From an uncultured Candidatus Saccharibacteria bacterium (lineage in GTDB: Bacteria > Patescibacteriota > Minisyncoccia > Phycocordibacterales > UBA12088), in NCBI GenBank assembly GCA_964567265.1, contig CAZMLK010000001.1, positions 395,723 to 459,722 of the forward strand: a stretch of DNA of 64,000 nt, written 5' to 3'. Positions 25,912 to 33,253 of this stretch are shown piece by piece. The position numbers and the translations under genes were made by a program. Each line of letters begins with the position of its first letter. Positions within the stretch are counted from its first letter, which is position 1. The notes beneath the pieces were generated by a model. That model ran no database searches. It was not told where the DNA came from and worked only from the letters and a program-made list of their open reading frames with translations.

Positions 25912-28848
25912 TTATCGCATCACTCCCCGCGTCAGCGTCCCAAAATAGCCAGTACCCGCAGAGAGTCCTGCTGGTTCGAGGATATCTGCGACATGCGCGT
26001 TCTGAAAGAGGATGAGGGCTGCCTTAGTAGCAGGTCCGAAGAAATCAGTCTCGAATCCTGGCGACCCTGCTCCTACAGCGGACACTGTAAATCCATGTAC
26101 ATTCAAGTACATCTGAAGCTGACGGACATCTTCCCCGCGAGATCTGACTCTGAGATTGCGCGGGAAAGTCACTGACGTCATGGCAGGCGTCGTTGTTGAT
26201 ACCGAAAGATTTCCAAACACTTCATTGAGTTTCGCCAGCGTCAGCGGGCCGACGACACCATAGCCGGTCGTGCTCGGTGTGCCCGTGGTGACGATACCGT
26301 ACTTCGCTTGGAATCGTCGTACTGCGGCTTCCGTCAGCGCACCATAGAATCCGTTGACAATGGCTTCCGGGTACAGGGCAGCGTCTGAGGCAAAGAGTTG
26401 TTGCAAGGTGCGGACGTCTGGGCCCTGCATGCCGGGGAAGAGCGCGTTCGTGAAGATTGGACTCCTGCCTGTCGACGGCATCAACGGGGCAGGTTGTTGA
26501 TTGGAAGTACCAGGAATGGTCACCGCAGCTGAACAGACTGAGAAGGCGTTGCAGTATTTCACATAGAGCGTGCTTGTAGTATCAGGCCATGGGAGCGAAC
26601 TGGTTGCATTCACGTAGGTTGCAGTAGCGAACGAAGGGTCCGTGGAAATGGCAATCTTCGTGATATCCGTTCCGAATGAGAATGTGAGGATCCGTCCTGA
26701 CGGGATTGGCGTCGTTGACGTGGCAGCAAATCCTCCAGATGGACCCGTAGGGACTGGTGCACTTCCACCTCCTCCGCCCGAGGGTGGCAGGACGATATTC
26801 ACCGTTCGCGTTGACACCGCACTGTTCCCTGCCGTATCGGTTGCCGTGTAGGTAATGCGGTATGTTCCGACCGTGCCCACCGTCACTGTGTCCCCACCTG
26901 TGGTGACCGACACTGTTCCATCGACATCATCGGTCGCCGATGCGCCCGGGTCCGCAAAGCCCTGGCCGATGGTTTGAGTGATGGAGGCAGCTCCCGAAAG
27001 CGTAATGGTCGGCGCGACCGAGTCGGTATATTCGTACGCACCGATATCGCAGACACCCTGACGACTGACACCATTTTTGTCTGTCGTTGGGCACAGAGAA
27101 TCCGTGCCCGCATTGATGGCTGGGGAAGATGCGAGGAGGCGGTAATCACCCCCTGACACATCAGCCAATACGGGATCACTAGTCAAAGAATGCGACCCTA
27201 GAGAAAATCCCGACCCAGAGACTGACGCCGTTGCCGTATGTGCAATGAGGCTATAGTCTTCACTCACACTCGTCGCACCGGTTGTTTTCGAGATACCCGT
27301 CGCAAATCCATATATCAAATTGTTACGCAACGTAACGTTCCCTGTTGATTGGAGCGACATCGCTACGCCTGACTGCGACGGATTGATGAGGGTGTTGTTA
27401 TAGAACGAGAGCGCGGCCGCATCAAGCAACGTTACCAGTGCATTTGTTCCTGCGACTGTGGTGTATCCGAATACGTTTCCATACGCGATAATTGACGAGT
27501 TTTCAATATTTGTGACTGCACTTTTTTTATTGCCCCAAGCATACGAATTGGTAAGCCTGCCCCCTGACGTCTCGTGCCATGAGAATCCGTCACCATCGGA
27601 ACCAGATCCATCGACTCCATTGTTTGTAGATGTAGCATGATCGATGTTGATTGTGGGTCCATTATGAAATCCAAATCCATCATTCGTGTTGCTATCTGCG
27701 GTTGAATTTAAAATCGTTACGGTACCGCCAGTACCCGCGACAGCAACCCCGTTGGAACCAGTGACCGTGCCATTACTGTTGAATGTCGAACCGGACAATG
27801 TAAGGGTGTCACTTGATCCTCCCATGGTGACATTGATGCCAGCAAGACCGTTTGAACCCACGGTGAGATTTGAAAATCTTGACCCAGTTGACCCTGCCAG
27901 CATCAATATGCCGTCAGACGTATTGTTGGAGACCGTCGTCGTAGCAATGATTGCATTTGTTGGCTTCGAATCGAATCGGATTCCACGAGCAGTATTCCCA
28001 GTAACGGTCGAGTTTTTAATCGAAATTCCACTTGCGGTATTCAATATATATATTCCGTTCGAGCCGCAGCCCTGAATGGTAACTCCATCAATGACTGCTG
28101 TGGTGACATTATTCAAGATGAGGCAATCTCCTGAACCGCCTGTGATCGTAGAGGAGGTAATGGTGATATTTGAGCCAGCAGCCACAGAACTTCCAAACTT
28201 CATGCCGCTTGTTGAGGCGGTGATCGTGAGGTTTGAAAAAGTATCTCCTTGCGACTTGGTACCATTCAAGTTTATGCCGGTTGTAAAACCACTGACCGTA
28301 ATGTTGTCATATGTGCTCGCGGTACTGGTAGCATTGGTACTGATGACGATGGCCTGCGTTGTTGTGCCGCTAATTGAGAGATGGTTGAAATTAAGTCCGG
28401 TAAACGTACCTGAAAATACAAAGATGCCTGATTCGGACGGACTTCGTAAGACAAGATTTTGAATCGTCAGATACGATGCGCTGTTGCGAATATCGAATAT
28501 CCTATTCTGGCTTCCGGCATTCAGAATGGGATTGGCACCAGTGCCGTATGCATCAAAAACAATTGGATTTCCAGATGTACCCGAATCGTCAAACAGCGTT
28601 ATCTTTATATTTGAGAACGTTTCACCTTTCTTGAATAAAATCTGGTCTCCTGCCACGAAAGTGCGCGCGTTGATTGGTGTAGCCGACTGCCACGGCGTTC
28701 CACTGCTCGTACCATTATTCGAATCGCTGCCAAGAGTGGCGTCCACATAGTATGTCGCCGCGCTTGCCAGCGACGGCACTGCAGTCACAGCAAACAACGC
28801 TATTGCTGCAAATACAAACGCGATGTTTTTTGGGTAATTTTGAGGCAT
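25912..28848 (-). CDS. secreted right-handed parallel beta-helix protein with Ig-like (DUF5011-type) domain and two C-terminal peptidoglycan-binding (PG_binding_1-like) repeats
   Basis: Signal-like N-terminus, then TYYVDATLGSDSNNGTS..PW. Many N.(T/S)I..(N/S) beta-helix rungs. GVCDIGAYEY (choice-of-anchor-Q-like). DVDGTVSVT...GTYRITYTATDTAGN (Ig-like). GPDVRTLQQLF...FYGALTEAAVRRFQ and GEDVRQLQMYL...FGPATKAALILFQ (PG-binding). Confidence 0.85.
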   Translation of the reverse strand: MPQNYPKNIAFVFAAIALFAVTAVPSLASAATYYVDATLGSDSNNGTSSGTPWQSATPINARTFVAGDQILFKKGETFSNIKITLFDDSGTSGNPIVFDAYGTGANPILNAGSQNRIFDIRNSASYLTIQNLVLRSPSESGIFVFSGTFTGLNFNHLSISGTTTQAIVISTNATSTASTYDNITVSGFTTGINLNGTKSQGDTFSNLTITASTSGMKFGSSVAAGSNITITSSTITGGSGDCLILNNVTTAVIDGVTIQGCGSNGIYILNTASGISIKNSTVTGNTARGIRFDSKPTNAIIATTTVSNNTSDGILMLAGSTGSRFSNLTVGSNGLAGINVTMGGSSDTLTLSGSTFNSNGTVTGSNGVAVAGTGGTVTILNSTADSNTNDGFGFHNGPTINIDHATSTNNGVDGSGSDGDGFSWHETSGGRLTNSYAWGNKKSAVTNIENSSIIAYGNVFGYTTVAGTNALVTLLDAAALSFYNNTLINPSQSGVAMSLQSTGNVTLRNNLIYGFATGISKTTGATSVSEDYSLIAHTATASVSGSGFSLGSHSLTSDPVLADVSGGDYRLLASSPAINAGTDSLCPTTDKNGVSRQGVCDIGAYEYTDSVAPTITLSGAASITQTIGQGFADPGASATDDVDGTVSVTTGGDTVTVGTVGTYRITYTATDTAGNSAVSTRTVNIVLPPSGGGGGSAPVPTGPSGGFAATSTTPIPSGRILTFSFGTDITKIAISTDPSFATATYVNATSSLPWPDTTSTLYVKYCNAFSVCSAAVTIPGTSNQQPAPLMPSTGRSPIFTNALFPGMQGPDVRTLQQLFASDAALYPEAIVNGFYGALTEAAVRRFQAKYGIVTTGTPSTTGYGVVGPLTLAKLNEVFGNLSVSTTTPAMTSVTFPRNLRVRSRGEDVRQLQMYLNVHGFTVSAVGAGSPGFETDFFGPATKAALILFQNAHVADILEPAGLSAGTGYFGTLTRGVMR

Positions 28849-28982
28849 GTAACAAATTCAATGAGTAAGCGTTTTGTATTCTCGAAGACGGATTTGAAAC
28901 GTAGTCATTGCCACTGATTCACTATACCAGCTGCATTACGACAGAGGTATTCCGAATGGGGATTACGGCGGAAAAAACGGAA

Positions 28983-29013
28983 AAAGGCGGCCGCGCTTCG
29001 CGCGGCCGCCTTT
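28983..29013 (-). terminator. rho-independent terminator of the 29023 gene
   Basis: Minus strand: AAAGGCGGCCGCG-cgaa-GCGCGGCCGCCTTT followed by TTCCGTTTTTT. Confidence 0.8.
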
Positions 29014-29022
29014 CGCCTCCAC

Positions 29023-30603
29023 CTACATCGTTATCTGCACCGCATTCCCCGCCTGATCGTATCCATTCGCCTTGAAGTAACGGATCTCGTAGCTGCCGGG
29101 AGTGACATTCTGGAATGTGTAGGTGCCCGATGGGCCGGTCGCATACGACCATGCAAGATACGAGCGGTTGCCTGCCCCGGTCGCATAGAGCCCGATCCAG
29201 TCGGTCGTCGTGAACGCAGTACTTGGGCCCACCCAGCTCGCGATGATTGTATTTCCAGATCTCGATGCGGAGAGTGAATATCCGGCTGCGGCAGAAAGAT
29301 CAGCTCGTGCGACTGCCGCCTTCGCCTGTACGGTGATTTCCGGAGTAACTGCAACTGATGTGTATTTATTATTCTTCAGATACCGGATCTCGAAGGTGCC
29401 GGTGCGGTCGAGCGTGAATGTCATGTCGCCGCTCGCAGCATCCCCGGTGTATTTCCAGGTCCCGTAGCTCCGGTTCGACGCGCCCTTCTCATAGATCGCG
29501 ATCCAGTCCTGCGTATTCGACGAGCCTCCTGGCGTCTGCCAGTGCACGGTCACGGTATCACTAACTCGCGGGGTCTGAGAGGAAATCGTGAGCGAGTATC
29601 CGGCTGCCGCTGCAGCGGAGCCCAGTGTATAGGTCGCTGAGGTCGCACGCCGGGTGTAGCCGTTGTTCTCGAAGGTACGCGCCTCATATGCGCCGGGCTC
29701 GAGCGAGTCTGTATTGAAACTGAGCGTTCCCGAATTGCCGGATGGAAGATACTGCCACAGAAGATAGGAGGAATCAGCAGCGCCGACCGGATAGAGCCCG
29801 ACCCAATCCCGCGAACTGCGGCCGGTCGGCGCCTCGAACCGCACCGAGAGCGTATTCCCGGAAATGCCATTGATGGCGAGTGCGTAGTTCCCTACGGGTG
29901 CAGCCGCAGCGCTTCCGGTCGTACCGGTGGTTCCGTCTTCTGTTCCCGTCCCGCCACCACCAGTCACGATCTCGCGCCACGGACCGCTGGGCACATTGCC
30001 CGCGTCCACGAACCGCCAAGACACCAGCATCTGGTCGCCGCCGTTCAAGCAGTCGCGCATGGCGGGAGAGAGATCGATGCCGATTGATTGGCGCGGTCCC
30101 GCGCTTCCGAATACGTACGCAATATCATCCTCACCGTATGGTCCGACATCTTCCCACTGGCCGTAGCAGGTCGCACCGTTCGAGGTGACCGCCACCCAAT
30201 GATTCTTGAGCTGCGAAACGCTCTTGCTCGCGCCGGATTGATACCACGGGATCTGGCTCGCGTTCGATTTCTGGGATCCGTTATTGCCGATGTCGTTATA
30301 CGGAAGCGCGATATAGAACGGATTCTCCTTCGGAGTGAACGCGCACGGGCGGTAGCCGCATCGATTGTCGGGATCGTCTTCCCCGCCGTAATGAGTTGCC
30401 CAGAGCTCGTCCCATGCGCTCGGGACGTTCGAGATGAAGCCGTTGTCTGAGGTCGCGCCTTCGCCTACCCAGAAGACAGTCGCGTTGACCGTTTTCGGGT
30501 TCGTTTCGGTCGCGGTGATGGCTGCTGCCGGGTATGGATAGGCTGCTCCGAGTAGAAGGAGGAATACGGCTAGCGATGCGGCTCTAATGCCCTTCCGATT
30601 CAT
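29023..30603 (-). CDS. secreted protein: N-terminal conserved module (possibly DPBB/barwin-like) plus 3 copies of the same ~90-aa repeat found in 23325..25730
   Basis: Signal-like LAVFLLLLGAAYPYPAAA. N-terminal module has VFWVGEGATSDN, ENPFYIALPYND and GIDLSPAMRD. The repeats carry DWVGLY...YEARTF, DWIAIY...FEIRYL and DWIGLY...YEIRYF. Confidence 0.75.
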   Translation of the reverse strand: MNRKGIRAASLAVFLLLLGAAYPYPAAAITATETNPKTVNATVFWVGEGATSDNGFISNVPSAWDELWATHYGGEDDPDNRCGYRPCAFTPKENPFYIALPYNDIGNNGSQKSNASQIPWYQSGASKSVSQLKNHWVAVTSNGATCYGQWEDVGPYGEDDIAYVFGSAGPRQSIGIDLSPAMRDCLNGGDQMLVSWRFVDAGNVPSGPWREIVTGGGGTGTEDGTTGTTGSAAAAPVGNYALAINGISGNTLSVRFEAPTGRSSRDWVGLYPVGAADSSYLLWQYLPSGNSGTLSFNTDSLEPGAYEARTFENNGYTRRATSATYTLGSAAAAAGYSLTISSQTPRVSDTVTVHWQTPGGSSNTQDWIAIYEKGASNRSYGTWKYTGDAASGDMTFTLDRTGTFEIRYLKNNKYTSVAVTPEITVQAKAAVARADLSAAAGYSLSASRSGNTIIASWVGPSTAFTTTDWIGLYATGAGNRSYLAWSYATGPSGTYTFQNVTPGSYEIRYFKANGYDQAGNAVQITM

Positions 30604-30612
30604 GAAGGGGTT

Positions 30613-30618
30613 ACTTTA
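30613..30618 (-). promoter_or_regulatory. extended -10 box of the 29023..30603 gene (leaderless-type)
   Basis: Minus strand: TGTAAAGT-9 nt-ATG. Confidence 0.4.
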
Positions 30619-30674
30619 CAATTTTTCGGGGGTGGGGGCAAGGGAGAAATACAAAATCACAGTACCTTGAAGCA

Positions 30675-31538
30675 TCACTGATTTCCAGCTTCAAGCTGTG
30701 GATCGAGATCGTCCATGATGTACCGCATGAATTGTTTTCCCAGTTCAGTGAGAACCTGTTGATCATCGTTGAATGGAGACTTGAGCGTCTTAGCTTGGGG
30801 ACCGGCTTTCTTTTTTGCGACTCTTCGTCGCCACTGCCCATCCGCATCCGATTCTCGAGGTTGGCGCATAACGTCAGCCATTTGGAGTTCGTGGAAAAGG
30901 AACTTGAACAAATCGGCCTTCGCCGAGTCATCCCTTGGTATCTCACCGAATATCTCCGTTGCGATATCGTAAGAAGATATACCCGGATTCTGGTACACCA
31001 GCCTGAGTATCTGGAAATGAAGCTCGTGGAATCGCTCCATAAATTCCACAAAGAGGCGGACCACATCGTCATCCACAACGCGCATGCCAGCGGCGTTAGT
31101 GATGAGTTTTCGCAAACTCTCCCTTTTCTCGGTGGTATCGGCGCCGTCCCAGACGCGGAAAGTCTTACGCACAAGATTCAGATATTCTGTCGACTCTATT
31201 CGCTCTTCCGTCTGAATTCCAAATATCTCCAAACGCTCAAAGACACGACGCATATCCGCTAGTAACTCGCGAAGCTTCAACTCGTGCTCTTGTACCCACA
31301 AGAAAAGGAGCTTGTTCGTTATGCCTTGCTCCTTCTCGGCTGATAGAGTGGCAGCAGCACTTAAGACGCTTCCAACCCACGGAATACCACTCAACGCCGC
31401 CATTGCAACGCGTCCGTATTTCTTCCAATTTCCACCCGTTAGTTGCTCAAGAATAGCCCGCTCTTTTTCATTCAATACAACTGCTTCGATGCGTTCCGGG
31501 AGTTTGTGGTCTGCCATGGGAATCAGTCTACTCCTCAT
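30675..31538 (-). CDS. hypothetical protein (orphan, AT-richer than its neighbours)
   Basis: 287-aa ORF, alternative start at 31517 (MADHKLPERI). No recognised motif. Visibly lower GC than the flanking genes. Confidence 0.55.
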   Translation of the reverse strand: MRSRLIPMADHKLPERIEAVVLNEKERAILEQLTGGNWKKYGRVAMAALSGIPWVGSVLSAAATLSAEKEQGITNKLLFLWVQEHELKLRELLADMRRVFERLEIFGIQTEERIESTEYLNLVRKTFRVWDGADTTEKRESLRKLITNAAGMRVVDDDVVRLFVEFMERFHELHFQILRLVYQNPGISSYDIATEIFGEIPRDDSAKADLFKFLFHELQMADVMRQPRESDADGQWRRRVAKKKAGPQAKTLKSPFNDDQQVLTELGKQFMRYIMDDLDPQLEAGNQ

Positions 31539-31634
31539 ATATTTATCAGCAAATTTCTCGTAACATGTAACGAAATATGATTTTGTGCCCCCGTCTAGCT
31601 TCAGTGTGGTCGTCGGTCCTTACAGGACCAGTAT

Positions 31635-31726
31635 CCCGATTGGATTTTTTAGTGCGGCCATAAATGGCCGACAAAAAATGCTCAATCGGGCTTCGACTCC
31701 CGGACGAAGTCTCCCCCGGAGACTTC
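31635..31726. other. structured intergenic element: long imperfect hairpin, inverted tRNA T-arm fragment and 9-bp hairpin
   Basis: CCCGATTG (31635) pairs with CAATCGGG (31683), enclosing T6/A6 and CGGCCA/TGGCCG stems. CGGGCTTCGACTCCCGG (31687-31703) is the reverse complement of the tRNA-Glu T-arm with 1 insertion. GAAGTCTCC-ccc-GGAGACTTC at 31706-31726. Confidence 0.5.
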
Positions 31727-31758
31727 TTAGGGTCCCAACTTTCGCTACGCTCAATTTG

Positions 31759-31830
31759 TGACCCTACCGGGAGTCGAACCCGGCTTTAGAGCTTGAGAAG
31801 CTCTCGTCCTAACCGATAGACGATAGGGCC
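31759..31830 (-). tRNA. tRNA-Glu (anticodon CUC)
   Basis: Hand-folded 72-nt cloverleaf: acceptor GGCCCTA/TAGGGTC, D-arm GTCT-ATCGGTTA-GGAC, anticodon arm AGAGC-TTCTCAA-GCTCT, 4-nt variable loop, T-arm CCGGG-TTCGACT-CCCGG. CCA is not encoded. Confidence 0.9.
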
Positions 31831-31861
31831 AATGTACACCGAAAGTACCACAGTTTCCCGA

Positions 31862-31898
31862 TTTTAAAAAGGTGAGGCCGCCCAAGACATGGGCGGCC
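31862..31898 (-). terminator. rho-independent terminator of the 31903 gene
   Basis: Minus strand: GGCCGCCCA-tgtct-TGGGCGGCC followed by TCACCTTTTTAAAAT. Confidence 0.75.
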
Positions 31899-31902
31899 CA
31901 CT

Positions 31903-32205
31903 TCATTGCTTTGCTGGTTCGACAAGCTCAAGCGCGTCTGGGTGATACGTCTTATCTCGGCCTGACAAATGTACCTGTCCGCGCGCGTCTACCGACTTTA
32001 CCTGGTACTCCTCCCATCCGCGCGCATCTACCAGGCGGACGATATCTCCCTTCTTGAACGTAACCACGACCTTGTTGGCTTTTTGGCCGTCAGCACGCGT
32101 CCGCTGGCGTTTTCTTGTGTCGCGCAAAATGTCAGAGATCGTCTCATTAATGATTCTCTGATGTACCGCTCCTGGCCGCCGCCTGTCTCCGCTGGCGATG
32201 TCCAT
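31903..32205 (-). CDS. hypothetical small protein (100 aa; basic N-terminus, beta-rich C-terminus)
   Basis: Own promoter, GGAGG RBS and terminator. Start moved to MDIASGD within track ORF 31903..32283. No recognised motif. Confidence 0.5.
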   Translation of the reverse strand: MDIASGDRRRPGAVHQRIINETISDILRDTRKRQRTRADGQKANKVVVTFKKGDIVRLVDARGWEEYQVKSVDARGQVHLSGRDKTYHPDALELVEPAKQ

Positions 32206-32231
32206 CGAACCTCCATTCGTTGATGCTTTCG

Positions 32232-32262
32232 ATATTAAGATGCATATATTGAGATGTGTCAA
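32232..32262 (-). promoter_or_regulatory. sigma70-like promoter of the 31903 gene
   Basis: Minus strand: TTGACA followed 17-19 nt later by CTTAAT/TAATAT. Confidence 0.45.
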
Positions 32263-32301
32263 ATATAAGACCCCCGCGCGCACCTCGGTGCGGCGGGGGT
32301 C
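32263..32301 (-). terminator. rho-independent terminator of the 32309 gene
   Basis: Minus strand: GACCCCCGC..GCAC-cgag-GTGC..GCGGGGGTC followed by TTATATTTG. Confidence 0.7.
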
Positions 32302-32308
32302 GGACGGC

Positions 32309-32635
32309 CTAGGCCATCTGCGGCCAGACGAGACCTCTCATGAGCGAGCTGAGATCAGGCGTCGGGACTAGTTGGGAGATGCTGTGGAGCAGGCGGCGTA
32401 CTTTCCGCCCGCCCCGGACAGCGTCAGTCTGGATCGGCGTGACGTGGGCCATTAGGAGGCCAGTCCCCGTAAGAAACACTCGGCAAATGCGCACTATGAT
32501 GCGTCGTTTGCCGTCGATCAGATATGCCGTAAGCGCGGCGCCGCTTTTCAGTTGCTCCTTGAAAAATCGAAGGAGCGGATTTGTTGCCCGAGCCCGGGTA
32601 CGGCGGCCGCTATTCGTGCAAATCTTCAACGTCAT
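32309..32635 (-). CDS. hypothetical small protein (108 aa)
   Basis: GGAGG RBS 7 nt before the ATG, with its own terminator. No recognised motif. Confidence 0.5.
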   Translation of the reverse strand: MTLKICTNSGRRTRARATNPLLRFFKEQLKSGAALTAYLIDGKRRIIVRICRVFLTGTGLLMAHVTPIQTDAVRGGRKVRRLLHSISQLVPTPDLSSLMRGLVWPQMA

Positions 32636-32721
32636 CTACAAACCTCCGCTGGTTTCAGAGAACAAATGCCCTCCCTGGGCACCTGAAGATAGTACCGAAA
32701 AATTGACTTTTTGAAAAGGTG

Positions 32722-32751
32722 GGTTGAAAAATACCCGGGCGTGAGCCCGGG
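32722..32751 (-). terminator. rho-independent terminator of the 32775 gene
   Basis: Minus strand: CCCGGGC-tcac-GCCCGGG followed by TATTTTTC. Confidence 0.75.
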
Positions 32752-32774
32752 CATTGGTCGGATGAAAATTCTCT

Positions 32775-33185
32775 TCAGGCAGGCACGACGCCCGCGATTT
32801 CGAGGAAGCGCTCACGAAGCCACGCAGGCGGTCGTGGTGTTTCCTCGCTTCCATCTGCTGCAATGATCACGTGCTGGCAGTTTGTGTCCGACATACCGAG
32901 CACATGTTCCCCAAGCGAACGCGCATACGCATCCATATATTGTCTCACGTGTCTTGCAGCGTCGCGTCGCCTCCGCGTACTGAGCGAGAGCGCCTTCCGC
33001 CAGAGATGCGAGGGCTTGAACCAGTCGCGTGTTTCAACATACAGGCAGACAACCGAGATCGGGCAAATGCCGTCTCGGTAAGACGGAGGCACGAATCGTA
33101 GGTGCGTACCATGTATGAGAACGGGGGTATAGCTTCCGTTGCAGATTGCTGTTTTAAGCGTTGAAAGGAATGTTTCGATATCCAC
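32775..33185 (-). CDS. hypothetical protein (136 aa, GTG start)
   Basis: Own TTGACT-N17-TATAAA promoter, GGGGAG RBS and terminator. No recognised motif. Confidence 0.5.
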   Translation of the reverse strand: MDIETFLSTLKTAICNGSYTPVLIHGTHLRFVPPSYRDGICPISVVCLYVETRDWFKPSHLWRKALSLSTRRRRDAARHVRQYMDAYARSLGEHVLGMSDTNCQHVIIAADGSEETPRPPAWLRERFLEIAGVVPA

Positions 33186-33220
33186 GAGTCTTCACTCCCC
33201 TAGTACTATTGACTGGAAAT

Positions 33221-33249
33221 TTTATACATTACGGAAACATTAAAGTCAA
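33221..33249 (-). promoter_or_regulatory. sigma70-like promoter of the 32775 gene
   Basis: Minus strand: TTGACT-17 nt-TATAAA, immediately after the murF stop. Confidence 0.55.
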
Positions 33250-33253
33250 GTTC

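Noticed and set aside
31636-31716. A second tRNA or a tmRNA 3' domain on the plus strand, suggested by the TTCGACTCCCGG T-loop string.
   Set aside because: It does not fold as a cloverleaf. The T-stem has an extra C, the putative anticodon hairpin CGGCCAT-aaa-TGGCCG has a 3-6 nt loop, there is no acceptor pairing, and there are no tmRNA 5' GGGG or tag-ORF features.
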